NCBI GenBank assembly: GCA_036378335.1
Contig: DASUWP010000120.1
Coordinates: 1,704 to 65,703 of the forward strand
DNA from: Acidobacteriaceae bacterium
Lineage (GTDB): Bacteria > Acidobacteriota > Terriglobia > Terriglobales > Acidobacteriaceae
Reading direction: 5' to 3'
Length of the DNA: 64,000 nt
Positions within the stretch are counted from its first letter, which is position 1. Every line of letters begins with the position of its first letter. The notes under the pieces are model-generated. The model saw only the letters and a program-made list of their open reading frames with translations, had not been told where the DNA came from and made no database searches. Shown here one piece after another: positions 1 to 10,919 of this stretch. The translations under genes were made by a program, and so were the position numbers.

Positions 1-274
1 CGACTTGCGCGCGCAATGCCTGGTTCTCTTCGCGCGTGTGTCGCAGATCGATGTAGTTGCCCCAGAATCCGCGCGCGCCATGTCCGGTATGCGACATCAC
101 CTTCTCTGGCGGGGACATCATAGCGACGACCCAGTAGCGCAGCAGCCGCACGCCCTTGCCGTCGCTGCCGCGCGCGGCAGGCGTCCGCACCTGAACCGCC
201 AGCCCCAGGAATTGCGCCAGGAGCACGGCAGAGAGGACCATGATGTTCTTGTAACGCTCGAGGAAGGTTTCCAT
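1..274 (-). CDS. mreC: Rod shape-determining protein MreC, N-terminal fragment (runs off the window start)
   Basis: My own minus-strand translation from the ATG at 274 gives METFLERYKNIMVLSAVLLAQFLGLAVQ...HTREENQALRAQV. That is one N-terminal TM helix followed by the start of a coiled coil. It lies immediately downstream of mreB. It is absent from the ORF track because there is no stop inside the window. Confidence 0.6.
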   Translation of the reverse strand, partial: METFLERYKNIMVLSAVLLAQFLGLAVQVRTPAARGSDGKGVRLLRYWVVAMMSPPEKVMSHTGHGARGFWGNYIDLRHTREENQALRAQV

Positions 275-337
275 GGTCCGTTACTTCCAGTAGTGCGGTG
301 TTGACTCCGTGGCCATGACGGCCTGTTCTCCAGGGCC

Positions 338-1402
338 TTACTCGATCTTGATCTTGCGCAGCAGCCGGAAGTCCGAAAGCATCTTGCCCGTGCCCAGGAC
401 CACAGACTTTAGCGGATCATCCGCGATTGAAACCGGCAGACCGGTTTCTTCGCGAATCCGTTTGTCCAAATTCTTGATCAGCGCGCCGCCGCCCGTCAGC
501 ACAATACCGCGATCGCTGATGTCCGCAGAAAGCTCCGGCGGGGTCCGTTCCAGAGCCACCCGAATGGCATTCAGAATGACGGCAATGCATTCAGTCAATG
601 CTTCGCGTATTTCAGAGTCGTCAATTGTGATCGTCTTCGGTACGCCTTCGATCAGGTTGCGGCCCTTGATCTCCATCTGCAACGGCTTATCCAGCGGATA
701 TGCCGAGCCGATCTCCATCTTGATCTGCTCCGCCGTGCGCTCGCCAATCAACAGGTTGTACTTGCGCTTGAGGTAGTTCATCACTGCCTCATCCATCTGA
801 TTGCCGGCCATCCGCACCGAGCGCGAATACACGATGCCGGAAAGCGAAATCACCGCAATATCCGTAGTGCCGCCGCCGATGTCGACCACCATATTGCCGC
901 TGGGTTCGGTAATGGGGAGACCCGCGCCGATAGCGGCCACCATGGCCTGTTCCACCAGAAATACTTCGCTCGCCTTTGCGCGATACGCTGAATCTTCCAC
1001 GGCGCGCTTCTCCACCTGCGTGATCTCCGATGGCACCCCGATCACGATCCGCGGATGAACCAGCATCTTGCGGTTATGCGCCTTCCGGATGAAGTAATTC
1101 AGCATCTTTTCGGTGACCTTGAAGTCCGCGATCACCCCGTCCTTCATCGGCTTGATGGCAACGATGTTTCCGGGCGTACGACCGAGCATCTCTTTGGCCT
1201 CGATGCCGACTGCCTCGATCTCTCCGGTGTTCTTGTTAATGGCCACGATCGAGGGCTCATTGACAACTACCCCCTTACCACGGGCATACACTAAAGTGTT
1301 CGCCGTACCCAAATCGATCGCCAGATCGGAGGAGAAGACGCTAAACAGCGATCGCATTCCATGCGAGCGCGAAGAACGCGAGTGAAATCCGTTACTTGCC
1401 AT
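338..1402 (-). CDS. mreB: Rod shape-determining actin-like protein MreB
   Basis: Carries [22 protein letters not shown] and [12 protein letters not shown] actin-fold motifs over its full length. The true start may be the internal ATG at 1357 ([17 protein letters not shown]), which matches typical MreB N-termini better. Confidence 0.95.
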   Translation of the reverse strand: MASNGFHSRSSRSHGMRSLFSVFSSDLAIDLGTANTLVYARGKGVVVNEPSIVAINKNTGEIEAVGIEAKEMLGRTPGNIVAIKPMKDGVIADFKVTEKMLNYFIRKAHNRKMLVHPRIVIGVPSEITQVEKRAVEDSAYRAKASEVFLVEQAMVAAIGAGLPITEPSGNMVVDIGGGTTDIAVISLSGIVYSRSVRMAGNQMDEAVMNYLKRKYNLLIGERTAEQIKMEIGSAYPLDKPLQMEIKGRNLIEGVPKTITIDDSEIREALTECIAVILNAIRVALERTPPELSADISDRGIVLTGGGALIKNLDKRIREETGLPVSIADDPLKSVVLGTGKMLSDFRLLRKIKIE

Positions 1403-1592
1403 CAGTGCGGCCTGTCTGGTCTTCCTTACGGGGAAAGTCTATAGAGGATTGTAAGGGACCGAAAAAGAACACGCCTATGACACAAAGGTGGTTCCCTGAA
1501 AGTCAACCTCCGGGTTACCCCCACCCAATAGTCATTCCGGCTTCCCATTTCGGAATCTGAAGCGCCCCGCCAGAAGCGCGGGTAACCGGAAC

Positions 1593-2159
1593 TCAACCTA
1601 GTTGCAGGCTCTGCTGCTCCCCGGGATAGGTGACAACCGTGCCCTCGACCCGGGCCCAGGGATGCAGCGTAAGCGGTGCAGTTCGGGTTGCGCTGGCAAT
1701 TTCGAGGACACAGATCCCGCGTACCAGCAGCGCGTCCGCAATCAGCGAACGGTGACACCGCCAGGGTACGGCCTCGGCGCACATTACGGCCGTCGCTTCC
1801 CGCCTCCCCAGCTCAATAAGGGCGTCGAGATTTTCCACAAATTCGCCCGTCAGCATGTAGTCGGCATACCCGCGGAAGCTGCTGTTGCGCCACGCCGTAT
1901 TGATCGAGTCACGCCGCGGGTGCCGCAGCCCGCCTAGACCAGGCATGTGCGTGTAATGTAGCCGCTGGGCAAGCAAGGTCCGGGAGAGATCTTCGCGATT
2001 GAACTGCGGATTATGGCGGGAGCGCGGCACCGTCCGCACATCGACAAGCCGGCGGACGCCGTGCGTCTGCAGGATTGTAAGAAACTCTTCAATCGGGCGG
2101 GTGGAGTGGCCGATGGTGAAGATGCGCAGATTCATGGCGTCGCTGCATGGTTCGGCCAT
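1593..2159 (-). CDS. DUF488 family protein
   Basis: Shows IFTIGHSTR...LVDVR..P.SR.NPQF...L...Y.H...LGG and a C-terminal C.E..P..CHR motif, typical of DUF488. The start is possibly the ATG at 2135 (MNLRIFTIGHS). Confidence 0.75.
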   Translation of the reverse strand: MAEPCSDAMNLRIFTIGHSTRPIEEFLTILQTHGVRRLVDVRTVPRSRHNPQFNREDLSRTLLAQRLHYTHMPGLGGLRHPRRDSINTAWRNSSFRGYADYMLTGEFVENLDALIELGRREATAVMCAEAVPWRCHRSLIADALLVRGICVLEIASATRTAPLTLHPWARVEGTVVTYPGEQQSLQLG

Positions 2160-2245
2160 CTTCGATCACGATACGCCGCCACATTACACCGCGCCGACAC
2201 GCCCGCGCTGCGGCTCTACATGCAATGTCCGGCACAGGATTGACG

Positions 2246-2275
2246 AAAAAAGCACGCACCCTAGGGATGCGTGCT
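2246..2275 (-). terminator. Rho-independent terminator downstream of the glycine-zipper stress gene
   Basis: On the minus strand, AGCACGCA-loop-TGCGTGCT (8-bp stem) is followed by TTTTTT. It sits about 35 nt after the stop at 2309. Confidence 0.7.
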
Positions 2276-2308
2276 TAATTAGCATCAGACCGCGACGGTG
2301 TCGGGCGC

Positions 2309-2965
2309 TTATCCGATTTCGCGATCCCTGTCGGCTACCCTGCGGCTTGGGTTCGTGCTGCTGACGCCTATGCGCTCTGTTTCGACATCTCTGACGCGGC
2401 CACGATCCACATCGGTTCTGTCGGTATCGACTCCGTGAGTACTTGCCGCCTTCTCTCCCGAAGAAGAGATGTCGTCAGCACCGGTCGCCTTCAAAATCTC
2501 CTTTGCGCGCGAGACCTCATTTGACGAATCGCAGTGGACCGATAGCAGAACGCCACCGTCCTTCACGCGGCCTTCATAGCGCTTTGCCTCGTACTCCGGA
2601 ATGCCGAGTCCGACGAGAGCGCCAACAAGGCCGCCGACGACTCCACCGGTGCCAAGGCCTGCCAACGTACCCATGATGGGGCCGGCCGCAATGAGCGGAC
2701 CAACGCCGGGAATCGCCAGCGCGCCGATGCCGGCCAGCAGTCCGAGCGTCCCACCCAGGGCGCCGCCCACGACGCCGCCAGTAGTCGCACCTTCAGGTGC
2801 CTTGGTGTTCTTCTCCGCCGCGAACTCCTTCGAACCCTGACGATCCGCCATTAGAACCGAGACGTCCTGATTCGAGAAACCCGCCGCGATCAATTCGTCC
2901 ACGGCGCGCTGTGCTGCCGCGGTAGTCGAGTAAATGCCAAATGCTGCTGTATTTTTACCTGCCAT
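2309..2965 (-). CDS. General-stress-type protein with a Gly-rich (glycine-zipper) membrane segment
   Basis: The N-terminus MAGKNTAAFGIYSTTAAAQRAVDELIAAGF resembles YflT/DUF1269-like proteins. The centre is GGVVGGALGGTLGLLAGIGALAIPGVGPLIAAGPIMGTLAGLGTGGVVGG. The ATG at 2965 is preceded by GGAGGG at a spacing of 7-8 nt. The longer ORF-track start at 3004 was rejected. Confidence 0.7.
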   Translation of the reverse strand: MAGKNTAAFGIYSTTAAAQRAVDELIAAGFSNQDVSVLMADRQGSKEFAAEKNTKAPEGATTGGVVGGALGGTLGLLAGIGALAIPGVGPLIAAGPIMGTLAGLGTGGVVGGLVGALVGLGIPEYEAKRYEGRVKDGGVLLSVHCDSSNEVSRAKEILKATGADDISSSGEKAASTHGVDTDRTDVDRGRVRDVETERIGVSSTNPSRRVADRDREIG

Positions 2966-3003
2966 GAAATTCCCTCCCTGCGATAGTTTTCGAGACCGCA
3001 GCA

Positions 3004-3411
3004 CTACTGTTTGACTGTGAGTTGATTGGCGACCTTGTCCGGGCCACCGGCGACCTCTGCTGCCTTGGAAGCAATGGAGGACTTCTCGTCCTCAGACCGC
3101 ACCGGACCCTTCAACGTGACCATGCCGTCTTTCGCGATGATTTTGATGTTGTGACCATACGTCGACAGCGACTTGTCTGCGATCAGCGAGTGCCGGATCT
3201 TCTTCGTCAGCATGCGATCCGAAGTGGCCTCCGACTGCTGATCGGCGGTATGGCTGTGGACTTTGTTCTTTGCTGAATTATCCGGAGTGGTTGTAGCTGG
3301 TGGGCTGCTCTGGTCCTGGCAGAATGCGCCCGTGGGCAGCATCGTCAGGCAAGCAAGCCCCAGGCATCCTGAGAGCGGAATTGTAAGAATATTGCGTCGA
3401 AACGATCTCAC
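3004..3411 (-). CDS. BON-domain (OsmY-like) secreted protein
   Basis: Has a signal-like N-terminus. The C-terminus reads LTKKIRHSLIADKSLSTYGHNIKIIAKDGMVTLKGPVRSEDEKSSIASKAAEVAG, a BON-domain pattern. Confidence 0.7.
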   Translation of the reverse strand: MRSFRRNILTIPLSGCLGLACLTMLPTGAFCQDQSSPPATTTPDNSAKNKVHSHTADQQSEATSDRMLTKKIRHSLIADKSLSTYGHNIKIIAKDGMVTLKGPVRSEDEKSSIASKAAEVAGGPDKVANQLTVKQ

Positions 3412-3810
3412 GTTTTTACCTCGGTACTTTCACACGTACATAGATATGGTTGCGGTTGGATATTGGAGCTGTTGTGGAAATAATGCGGAGAGGAGCGTTC
3501 AACCTGCGAATGCGTCATAATTCCGCTGCCTTCCAATAAGAAGCGAATCCCCGGGTATGGGTTGGTGTATCGATCGAATAAGTACGGACAGTGATGGTGA
3601 CACTTACGATTCGAGCCTAAGTGAGCCGAGTCTCTCGACCAACATCGATATCTTTATCGTCTAACGTGCAACCTTTGCCGAGTTATCCCGGTAGAGCCAC
3701 GCCCATCGCGACGAATCGATTCAGTGCTTTCTTCTAACTGTTTTCTAACCTGAGGTGACATCTGAACGATGATGAAGGCACACTAGCTACACATTGGAGG
3801 AGAGATAGCC

Positions 3811-4659
<849 letters not shown>

Positions 4660-4662
4660 CCG

Positions 4663-4938
4663 CTACGCGGCGCGCAACAGACGAGCCGGCAAGAAGATGA
4701 GCGCGACCACAAGATCCAGCGCACCATGCACTGCGATTCCCAAGAGGCGGAACGGCAACAGCAGCAGCCACACAATCGGATAGAGCACCAGCGCTAAGAG
4801 CGCCAGCGGCCAGCAGAGGATCAGCAACACACACCAGAGAAGAAATTTGAGGATCACGGCGCTTCCCTCCCTCATTTCAGAATACGCATAATCGGCCACC
4901 GGGGTTCCCGTCTGCCAATTCGCTCTCCAGCGGCTCAC
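4663..4938 (-). CDS. Small hydrophobic membrane protein, function unknown
   Basis: Two or three predicted TM helices ([32 protein letters not shown]...). It fits the gap between ypfJ and the aldehyde dehydrogenase gene. Confidence 0.5.
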   Translation of the reverse strand: MSRWRANWQTGTPVADYAYSEMREGSAVILKFLLWCVLLILCWPLALLALVLYPIVWLLLLPFRLLGIAVHGALDLVVALIFLPARLLRAA

Positions 4939-4986
4939 TCAGCTATGCTCTTCTGTTTGGCAATTTCCCTTCTGCAAGGACAGTCG

Positions 4987-6483
4987 ATGGCATCCGCAAA
5001 TACTTACGGTAATTTGATCGGCGGCAAGTTCGTGCCCGCGAAGAGCGGCAAAACCTTTGAAAATCTTAGTCCGGCTGACACCAGCGACGTGGTCGGTGTG
5101 TTTGCCTCCTCGGAGGCCGCCGACGTCGACGCCGCCGTGCAGGCCGCCGCGAAGGCTTACGAGACATGGCGACTGGTGCCTGCGCCGAAACGTGCGGAGA
5201 TTCTCTATCGCACCGGCGAGCTGCTGCTGAAGCGCAAGGAAGAGTTCGCTCGCGACATGACCCGCGAGATGGGCAAGGTGCTGAGCGAGACCCGCGGCGA
5301 TGTGCAGGAAGCCATTGACACCGCCTACTACATGGCCGGGGAGGGACGCCGTCTTTTCGGGCAGACCACGCCCTCCGAGTTGCAGAACAAGTTCGCTATG
5401 TCGGTACGTATGCCGGTGGGCGTATGCGGGATGATCGCGCCGTGGAATTTCCCCATGGCCATCCCATCATGGAAGATCTTCCCTGCGCTGGTCTGCGGCA
5501 ACACCTGCGTGATTAAGCCGGCGGAAGACACGCCACTCTCCACCTTCCACCTGGTCGAAATGCTGATGGAAGCGGGCCTGCCCGATGGCGTCGTCAACAT
5601 CGTCACCGGCTTCGGACCGGAGGCGGGCGCGCCACTGGTCGAGCATCCCAAAGTCCGCGCGATCTCCTTTACCGGTTCAAGCGAGGTCGGCCGCATCGTA
5701 GGCCAGAACGCAGCCGCACGATTCAAGCCCTGCTCGCTTGAGATGGGCGGCAAGAACGCGATGATCATTCTTGATGACGCGAATCTCGATCTGGCGCTTG
5801 ACGGCGCGGTCTGGGGAGCTTTTGGAACATCCGGCCAGCGCTGCACGGCGACCAGCCGCGTGATCGTGGACAAGCGCGTTGCGGGCGAGTTCACGGAGCG
5901 AATCGTCGACCGCGCCAAGAAGCTGCGCGTCGGCAACGGTCTCGAGGAGAGCATCGAGATGGGTCCGCAGATCAACAAGCAGCAGATCGAAACCTCGACG
6001 CGCTACACAAAAATCGCGCAGGACGAAGGCGCGGCTCTGCTGCAGGGCGGCACCGCGCTCGCAGAAGGTGCGCATAGCAAGGGACATTTCTTTGCGCCGA
6101 CAATCTTTGGCAAGGTGCAGGCGAAGATGCGCATTGCGCAGGAAGAGGTCTTTGGGCCGGTGCTGAGCGTGATCGAGTGCGATGGCGTGGAAGATGCGAT
6201 CCGCATCGCGAACGGCATTGAGTACGGGCTTTCGACAGCGCTCTACTCGCGCGATGTGAACAAGGCCTTCCGCGCCATCCGTGACCTGGAGGCAGGCATC
6301 ACGTACGTGAACGCGCCTACTATCGGCGCAGAGGTGCACCTGCCCTTCGGGGGCGTGAAGCAGACGGGCAACGGTCATCGCGAGGGCGGCACCGGTGCGC
6401 TGGATTTCTATACGACGTGGAAGTCGGTGTACATCGACTACTCGGACAAGCTGCAGCGCGCACAAATCGACAACGCGGAGTAG
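4987..6483 (+). CDS. NAD(P)-dependent aldehyde dehydrogenase family protein
   Basis: ALDH motifs are present: [17 protein letters not shown], the catalytic-Cys context GQRCTA, and EEVFGPVL. The start was moved to the ATG at 4987 ([15 protein letters not shown]), preceded by AAGGA. Confidence 0.9.
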   Translation: MASANTYGNLIGGKFVPAKSGKTFENLSPADTSDVVGVFASSEAADVDAAVQAAAKAYETWRLVPAPKRAEILYRTGELLLKRKEEFARDMTREMGKVLSETRGDVQEAIDTAYYMAGEGRRLFGQTTPSELQNKFAMSVRMPVGVCGMIAPWNFPMAIPSWKIFPALVCGNTCVIKPAEDTPLSTFHLVEMLMEAGLPDGVVNIVTGFGPEAGAPLVEHPKVRAISFTGSSEVGRIVGQNAAARFKPCSLEMGGKNAMIILDDANLDLALDGAVWGAFGTSGQRCTATSRVIVDKRVAGEFTERIVDRAKKLRVGNGLEESIEMGPQINKQQIETSTRYTKIAQDEGAALLQGGTALAEGAHSKGHFFAPTIFGKVQAKMRIAQEEVFGPVLSVIECDGVEDAIRIANGIEYGLSTALYSRDVNKAFRAIRDLEAGITYVNAPTIGAEVHLPFGGVKQTGNGHREGGTGALDFYTTWKSVYIDYSDKLQRAQIDNAE

Positions 6484-6543
6484 CGGCGGCATTATGACCG
6501 CACAGCTGCAGCTTCACATTTTTCAGCAAATCCAGGAGAACGC

Positions 6544-7659
6544 ATGATCATCGGAGTGCCAAAAGAAATTAAGGACCATGAGACCCGCGTTGGCGTGACG
6601 CCTGCGGGCGTGAAGGCGCTGACCGAGGCCGGTCACAAAGTATTGGTGGAAACCCACGCGGGCGAGCTCTCCGCCTTTACCGATGACGACTACCAGGCCG
6701 CAGGTGCGGAGATCGTCGGCTCTGCCCATAATGTCTGGGGCAACGCCGACATGGTTGTGAAGGTAAAGGAGCCAGTCGAGAAGGAGTATGGCTTTTTTCG
6801 CCCAGACCTCACGCTGTTCACGTATCTCCATCTGGCACCATTGCCGGTGCTGACGGATCAGTTGCTGCAGAAGAAAGTCACCGGCATTGCATATGAGACC
6901 ATCCGTGACCGCAACAATGCGCTCCCGCTGCTAACACCGATGTCCGAGGTGGCGGGCCGCATGTCGGTGCAGGTCGGTGCTACGTATCTGGAAAAAGACA
7001 AAGGCGGACGCGGCCTGCTGCTGGGCGGCGTTCCCGGCGTCACGCCGGCCAGTGTCTGCATCATCGGTGGTGGCATCGTAGGTACAAACGCAGCAAAGAT
7101 CGCGCTCGGCATGGGCGCGAAGGTCACACTGATTGATTTGAACCTGAACCGGCTGCGCGAGCTGGACGACATATTCAGCGGCCGTGTCTTCACGCTTGCT
7201 TCAAATTCCTACAATCTCGCGCTCACCACGCGCGAAGCCGATCTGGTGATTGGCGGCGTGCTGATCCCCGGTGCAGCCGCTCCCAAAATCGTCACCGCAG
7301 CGATGGTTTCCAAGATGAAGAAGGGGGCGGTCATTGTCGATGTCGCTATCGATCAGGGCGGCTGCATTGAGACCGCAAAACCAACGACCCACAGCAACCC
7401 TTCGTATGAAGTCAATGGCGTGGTGCACTACTGTGTGACGAATATGCCGGCGGCAGTGCCGAATACGTCGACACTCGCGCTCACGAACGCAACCTTCCCG
7501 TATGTGATGAAGATTGCGCAGCTCGGAGCGAAACAGGCGATTCTGTCGGACAATGGCACGGCCGAGGGCGTGAATACCTACGCCGGCACACTGACCTACC
7601 AGGCAGTAGCCCAATCGCAAAACAAGCCATACCGGCCTATCCGCGACGTGCTTGCCTGA
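6544..7659 (+). CDS. ald: Alanine dehydrogenase
   Basis: MIIGVPKEIKDHETRVGVTPAGV at the N-terminus and the Rossmann motif IIGGGIVGTNAAKIALGMGA. Full-length match to the Ald pattern. A CAGGAGAA Shine-Dalgarno sequence is present. Confidence 0.9.
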   Translation: MIIGVPKEIKDHETRVGVTPAGVKALTEAGHKVLVETHAGELSAFTDDDYQAAGAEIVGSAHNVWGNADMVVKVKEPVEKEYGFFRPDLTLFTYLHLAPLPVLTDQLLQKKVTGIAYETIRDRNNALPLLTPMSEVAGRMSVQVGATYLEKDKGGRGLLLGGVPGVTPASVCIIGGGIVGTNAAKIALGMGAKVTLIDLNLNRLRELDDIFSGRVFTLASNSYNLALTTREADLVIGGVLIPGAAAPKIVTAAMVSKMKKGAVIVDVAIDQGGCIETAKPTTHSNPSYEVNGVVHYCVTNMPAAVPNTSTLALTNATFPYVMKIAQLGAKQAILSDNGTAEGVNTYAGTLTYQAVAQSQNKPYRPIRDVLA

Positions 7660-7680
7660 TCGTGACTCGTTAGCAAGACG

Positions 7681-7715
7681 AAGGGGCGCAGCCGAAGCCG
7701 CGCCCCTTCTTGTCT
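7681..7715. terminator. GC-rich hairpin between convergent genes (likely bidirectional terminator)
   Basis: AAGGGGCGC-loop-GCGCCCCTT (9-bp stem) followed by TCTTGTCTGT. It lies between the ald stop (7659) and the lipoprotein stop (7724). Confidence 0.55.
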
Positions 7716-7723
7716 GTAATCGA

Positions 7724-8482
7724 TTACGGATTTACGGTTGTGCTCACGCTGTTTGTAAGGCTGAAGGTGAGCGGCGACTCGGCATTAACGATGATCTGCT
7801 TGTTGCCGGTGTAGGCTCCCGCGGCGGTGCCTGCACCAGCTCCCGCCAAGCCGCCAATAAGCGCGCCTTTCCCGCCGCCTGCCAAGCCGCCGATGAGCGC
7901 GCCTGCACCGCCACCGCCGCCGATAAATCCGGCTGTGCGTTTGCCCTTGCCGCTGATCGTGCGGCTCCAGGTGCTGGAATCAACCTGGGTGCGCGCTCCG
8001 TTGACGCGGAGACTGGTCAGCCGCAGCGACAGAATAGCCGCGCCTTTGAACTTGCCCCGGGAGTTGGCTGCGGTCACCGTCCCGCTGGCGGTAGAGCCGG
8101 TCGGTACCATCGTCCTTCCTTTGACGACGATCGGCGAGGTCACAGTAGCATCGAAGGAATCTCCCTCGTGCGCGGTGTTGGAAGCGATCGTCTGAGCCAG
8201 CCGCACGGTCACGCGCGTTCCGGCGGGAATCGTGTACGTGACTGGCTGAGGCGGAGCTGCTGGCTCTGCTGGTGGATTTGCCGGCGCGGCGGGTGTTGCA
8301 TTCGGTGTGCCGGGTGCGGATGGTGCTGTGCCCGGTGCAGGTGCGGTGGGAGCCGGTGCTGGCTGGCTCGCCGCGGGCTGCTGGGCATTCTGTGGTGGCT
8401 GGTTTTTGTTGCAACCGGCAACCAGGAGCAGGCCTGCCAGTGAAAACGGAATCGCGAGTTGTGTCAGCTTGGCATGGATCAT
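7724..8482 (-). CDS. Lipoprotein with a Pro/Ala-rich linker and a C-terminal glycine-zipper
   Basis: Lipobox LLLVAGC after the MIHAKLTQLAIPFSLAG start at 8482. The linker reads QPAPAPTAPAPGTAPSAPGTPNATPAAPANPP. The C-terminus reads GGGGGAGALIGGLAGGGKGALIGGLAGAGAG. The N-terminal 153 codons of the 405-aa ORF-track version look non-coding. Confidence 0.75.
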   Translation of the reverse strand: MIHAKLTQLAIPFSLAGLLLVAGCNKNQPPQNAQQPAASQPAPAPTAPAPGTAPSAPGTPNATPAAPANPPAEPAAPPQPVTYTIPAGTRVTVRLAQTIASNTAHEGDSFDATVTSPIVVKGRTMVPTGSTASGTVTAANSRGKFKGAAILSLRLTSLRVNGARTQVDSSTWSRTISGKGKRTAGFIGGGGGAGALIGGLAGGGKGALIGGLAGAGAGTAAGAYTGNKQIIVNAESPLTFSLTNSVSTTVNP

Positions 8483-8621
8483 AGCGTCCACTAGGATGCC
8501 ACACCTGACGGCGAATTGCAGCCTATCTCGATGAATCTCGTGGTACTGCCAATTTGCTTTGACCTCGGTATGCGCGCGGAAGCGCCTATAATCGCAGGGT
8601 TCCCGCAGAGATCGGGCGCCT

Positions 8622-10919
8622 TTGGGGAGGAGCGTTGTGTTTCGCAGCCGCCGCGTAACCGTCGCGCTGTTAGCCGGATGCCTTGGACTGGCCGCGATTC
8701 TGCTGGTCGCACTCAACGCGTTCAATCTGCACTTCCTGAATCCGCGCGACAGCAACGGCATCTTCCTGTTCACTGCGCTTTCCATTCTGGTTTTTCTGTT
8801 GTTGGTGGTGCTGCTGGTTCTGCTTTGCCGCAATGTGCTGAAGCTGTACGCCGACGGCAAGAACCGGCTGCTCGGCTCGCGCATTCGGACACGCCTGCTC
8901 TCCGGCGCGCTCATCCTGAGCTTTGCACCTACGCTGTTCATGTTTCTTTTCAGTTACCTGCTGATGAACCGCTCCATTGACCGGTGGTTCTCGCAGCCTG
9001 TAGCGCAACTGCGCGAGGACTCGACCCGTGTCGCGCTGGAGCTCTCGCAATATGCAGCCGAGAATGCTCGCGCGGAAGCAGAATCCCTCGCCAGCTCGGT
9101 TACGCTAGAACGAAGCCTACAGCAGAAAGACATTCTCTCCGCGCTAGGCGTGGTACGAAGCCATCGCATCACGCTCGCCGGCGGCTTCGTCATCATCTAC
9201 AACGACGAAGAGCCTGCCGTGGAATATGCCGTACCGCGCGGCGGGGCTGCCGCGAATCCTGAAGTCCGGCCCTGGATGGACGATGCCGACGCCACCACGC
9301 CGGCTGCCGGTGAATCGCTCCCCGCCTTTGTGCTGGCCGCCGCACATCGTGCGGACCAGCCGCTCCTGACGCTCGGTGGAATCGATTACGTCCTGGGCAC
9401 CTCGGCCACCCCTTCGTCCAGCCTGGTCGTCGTGGCGCTTCCCATGCCGGCCGGGCTCTCGCGCACCGTCGGCACCATCCGGTCTGGAGCAGAGAGCTAC
9501 TGGCAGCTCTTCCGCGGGCGCAATCGTATCCGCGGCACGTACTTTTTACTGATGCTGCTGCTCACCGTGCTCACCCTGTTCGCCAGCAGCTGGCTGGCCC
9601 TGTACCTTGCGAAACAGGTGACGCGTCCCGCGGAAACGCTGGCGGACGCCATGGAGCAGATCAGCGCCGGTCATTACAGCCACCGGGTCACAGTGGGTGC
9701 GACCGAAGAGCTCGGCGAAGTCATTCACTCGTTCAACGCGATGGCGTCGGACCTGGAACAGAGCCGGGCGCTCGCGGAGAGCTCCACAGCTCAACTGTCC
9801 GACGTGAACCGCACGCTGGCTGACCGCCGCCGCGAACTCGAGCTCATCCTCGATACCATCCCCAGCGGTGTGGCCACACTGGATGGCCGATTGTCCGTAG
9901 TCCTCTCGAATCGTGCCATGCTCGACCTGCTGGATCTTGAGACCGGTGTTACCGACATCGAGCATGCGTTGGCCGATCTACCGTTGGATGTGGCCTTTCC
10001 TCCCGCGATCAGCGATGAAGTTCGCCGTTTGCTGCGGCGCAGTCAGCGCATGCGCATCGCCGGTTCAGAGATCGACTTTGCGACATCGAGCGGCTCGCGG
10101 AGGCTCTCCGTCACCCTCGCGATCCTCGACCAACCCCAGCAACGTGGCTACGTTCTGGTACTGGAAGACGTGACAGAGGTGCTGCGCGCACAGCGGCAGG
10201 CCGCATGGAAAGAGGTGGCACAGCGTGTGGCGCATGAAATCAAGAACCCGCTGACACCGATCTCGCTCTCGGCGGAGCGTATCCGCCGCCACGTTGACAG
10301 GCCGACGCCGGAGAGCCCGACTGTTATCCGTCACTGCAGCGATGTTGTCCTCAGCTCCGTCGAAACAGTGCGCGCGCTGGTCGATCAGTTCGGTGCGCTG
10401 GCGCAGTTTCCGGTGTCAGCCCCGCGCCCCATCGACCTGAACTCCGTGGCTGATGCGGCTCTGCTCATCTTTGCCGGGCGCATGGATGACATCCGCGTCG
10501 AGCGCCGCTATGCATCGGATCTGCCGCTCGTGATGGCAGACAAGGATGCATTGCGCCGCGCGCTTGCCAACCTCATCGACAACGCGGCAGAGGCGATGCA
10601 GGGTACGTTGCATCGGCAGCTCACCATGATCACGGGCGAGAACGCCGGCCGCACCATGGCTGAGATCATCGTGGCCGATACCGGTCCCGGCGTGACCAGC
10701 GAGATGCGCGAGCGTCTGTTTCTGCCATACTTCTCCACCAAGCAGCGCGGCACCGGGCTCGGTCTGGCGATCGCCGCGAAAATCGTGCAGGAGCACCAGG
10801 GGACCATTCGCGTGGAGGAGAACAAGCCGGCCGGGGCACGGTTCATCATCGAGCTGCCTTTTGCTGATATGACCGCGCCTGAGAACGCAACTCCGGTATC
10901 TACGGAGCAGCGTTCGTGA
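8622..10919 (+). CDS. NtrY-like sensor histidine kinase (TM, HAMP, PAS, HisKA, HATPase)
   Basis: Several N-terminal TM helices. The HAMP-like segment reads PAETLADAMEQISAGHYSHRV. The H-box reads VAHEIKNPLTPI. The N-box reads ALANLIDNAAEAM. The G-boxes read DTGPGV and GTGLGLAI. The start is either TTG at 8622 or GTG at 8637, which follows GGGGAGGAG. Confidence 0.9.
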   Translation: MGRSVVFRSRRVTVALLAGCLGLAAILLVALNAFNLHFLNPRDSNGIFLFTALSILVFLLLVVLLVLLCRNVLKLYADGKNRLLGSRIRTRLLSGALILSFAPTLFMFLFSYLLMNRSIDRWFSQPVAQLREDSTRVALELSQYAAENARAEAESLASSVTLERSLQQKDILSALGVVRSHRITLAGGFVIIYNDEEPAVEYAVPRGGAAANPEVRPWMDDADATTPAAGESLPAFVLAAAHRADQPLLTLGGIDYVLGTSATPSSSLVVVALPMPAGLSRTVGTIRSGAESYWQLFRGRNRIRGTYFLLMLLLTVLTLFASSWLALYLAKQVTRPAETLADAMEQISAGHYSHRVTVGATEELGEVIHSFNAMASDLEQSRALAESSTAQLSDVNRTLADRRRELELILDTIPSGVATLDGRLSVVLSNRAMLDLLDLETGVTDIEHALADLPLDVAFPPAISDEVRRLLRRSQRMRIAGSEIDFATSSGSRRLSVTLAILDQPQQRGYVLVLEDVTEVLRAQRQAAWKEVAQRVAHEIKNPLTPISLSAERIRRHVDRPTPESPTVIRHCSDVVLSSVETVRALVDQFGALAQFPVSAPRPIDLNSVADAALLIFAGRMDDIRVERRYASDLPLVMADKDALRRALANLIDNAAEAMQGTLHRQLTMITGENAGRTMAEIIVADTGPGVTSEMRERLFLPYFSTKQRGTGLGLAIAAKIVQEHQGTIRVEENKPAGARFIIELPFADMTAPENATPVSTEQRS

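Noticed and set aside
5-304. A 99-aa plus-strand ORF at the window start
   Set aside because: The opposite strand encodes a convincing MreC N-terminus directly downstream of mreB. The plus-strand product has no features.
3569-3722. Three ATCGAT-containing palindromes spaced about 71-75 bp apart in the BON/ypfJ control region, including GAATCGATTC
   Set aside because: ATCGAT (Ile-Asp codons) is frequent throughout this sequence. Three occurrences in 400 bp are not clearly above chance without a genome-wide count.
8483-8941. The N-terminal 153 codons of the 405-aa ORF-track version of the glycine-zipper lipoprotein
   Set aside because: The extension is Arg/Ser-rich and would overlap the divergent kinase gene. 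A start at 8482 gives a normal signal peptide and lipobox.
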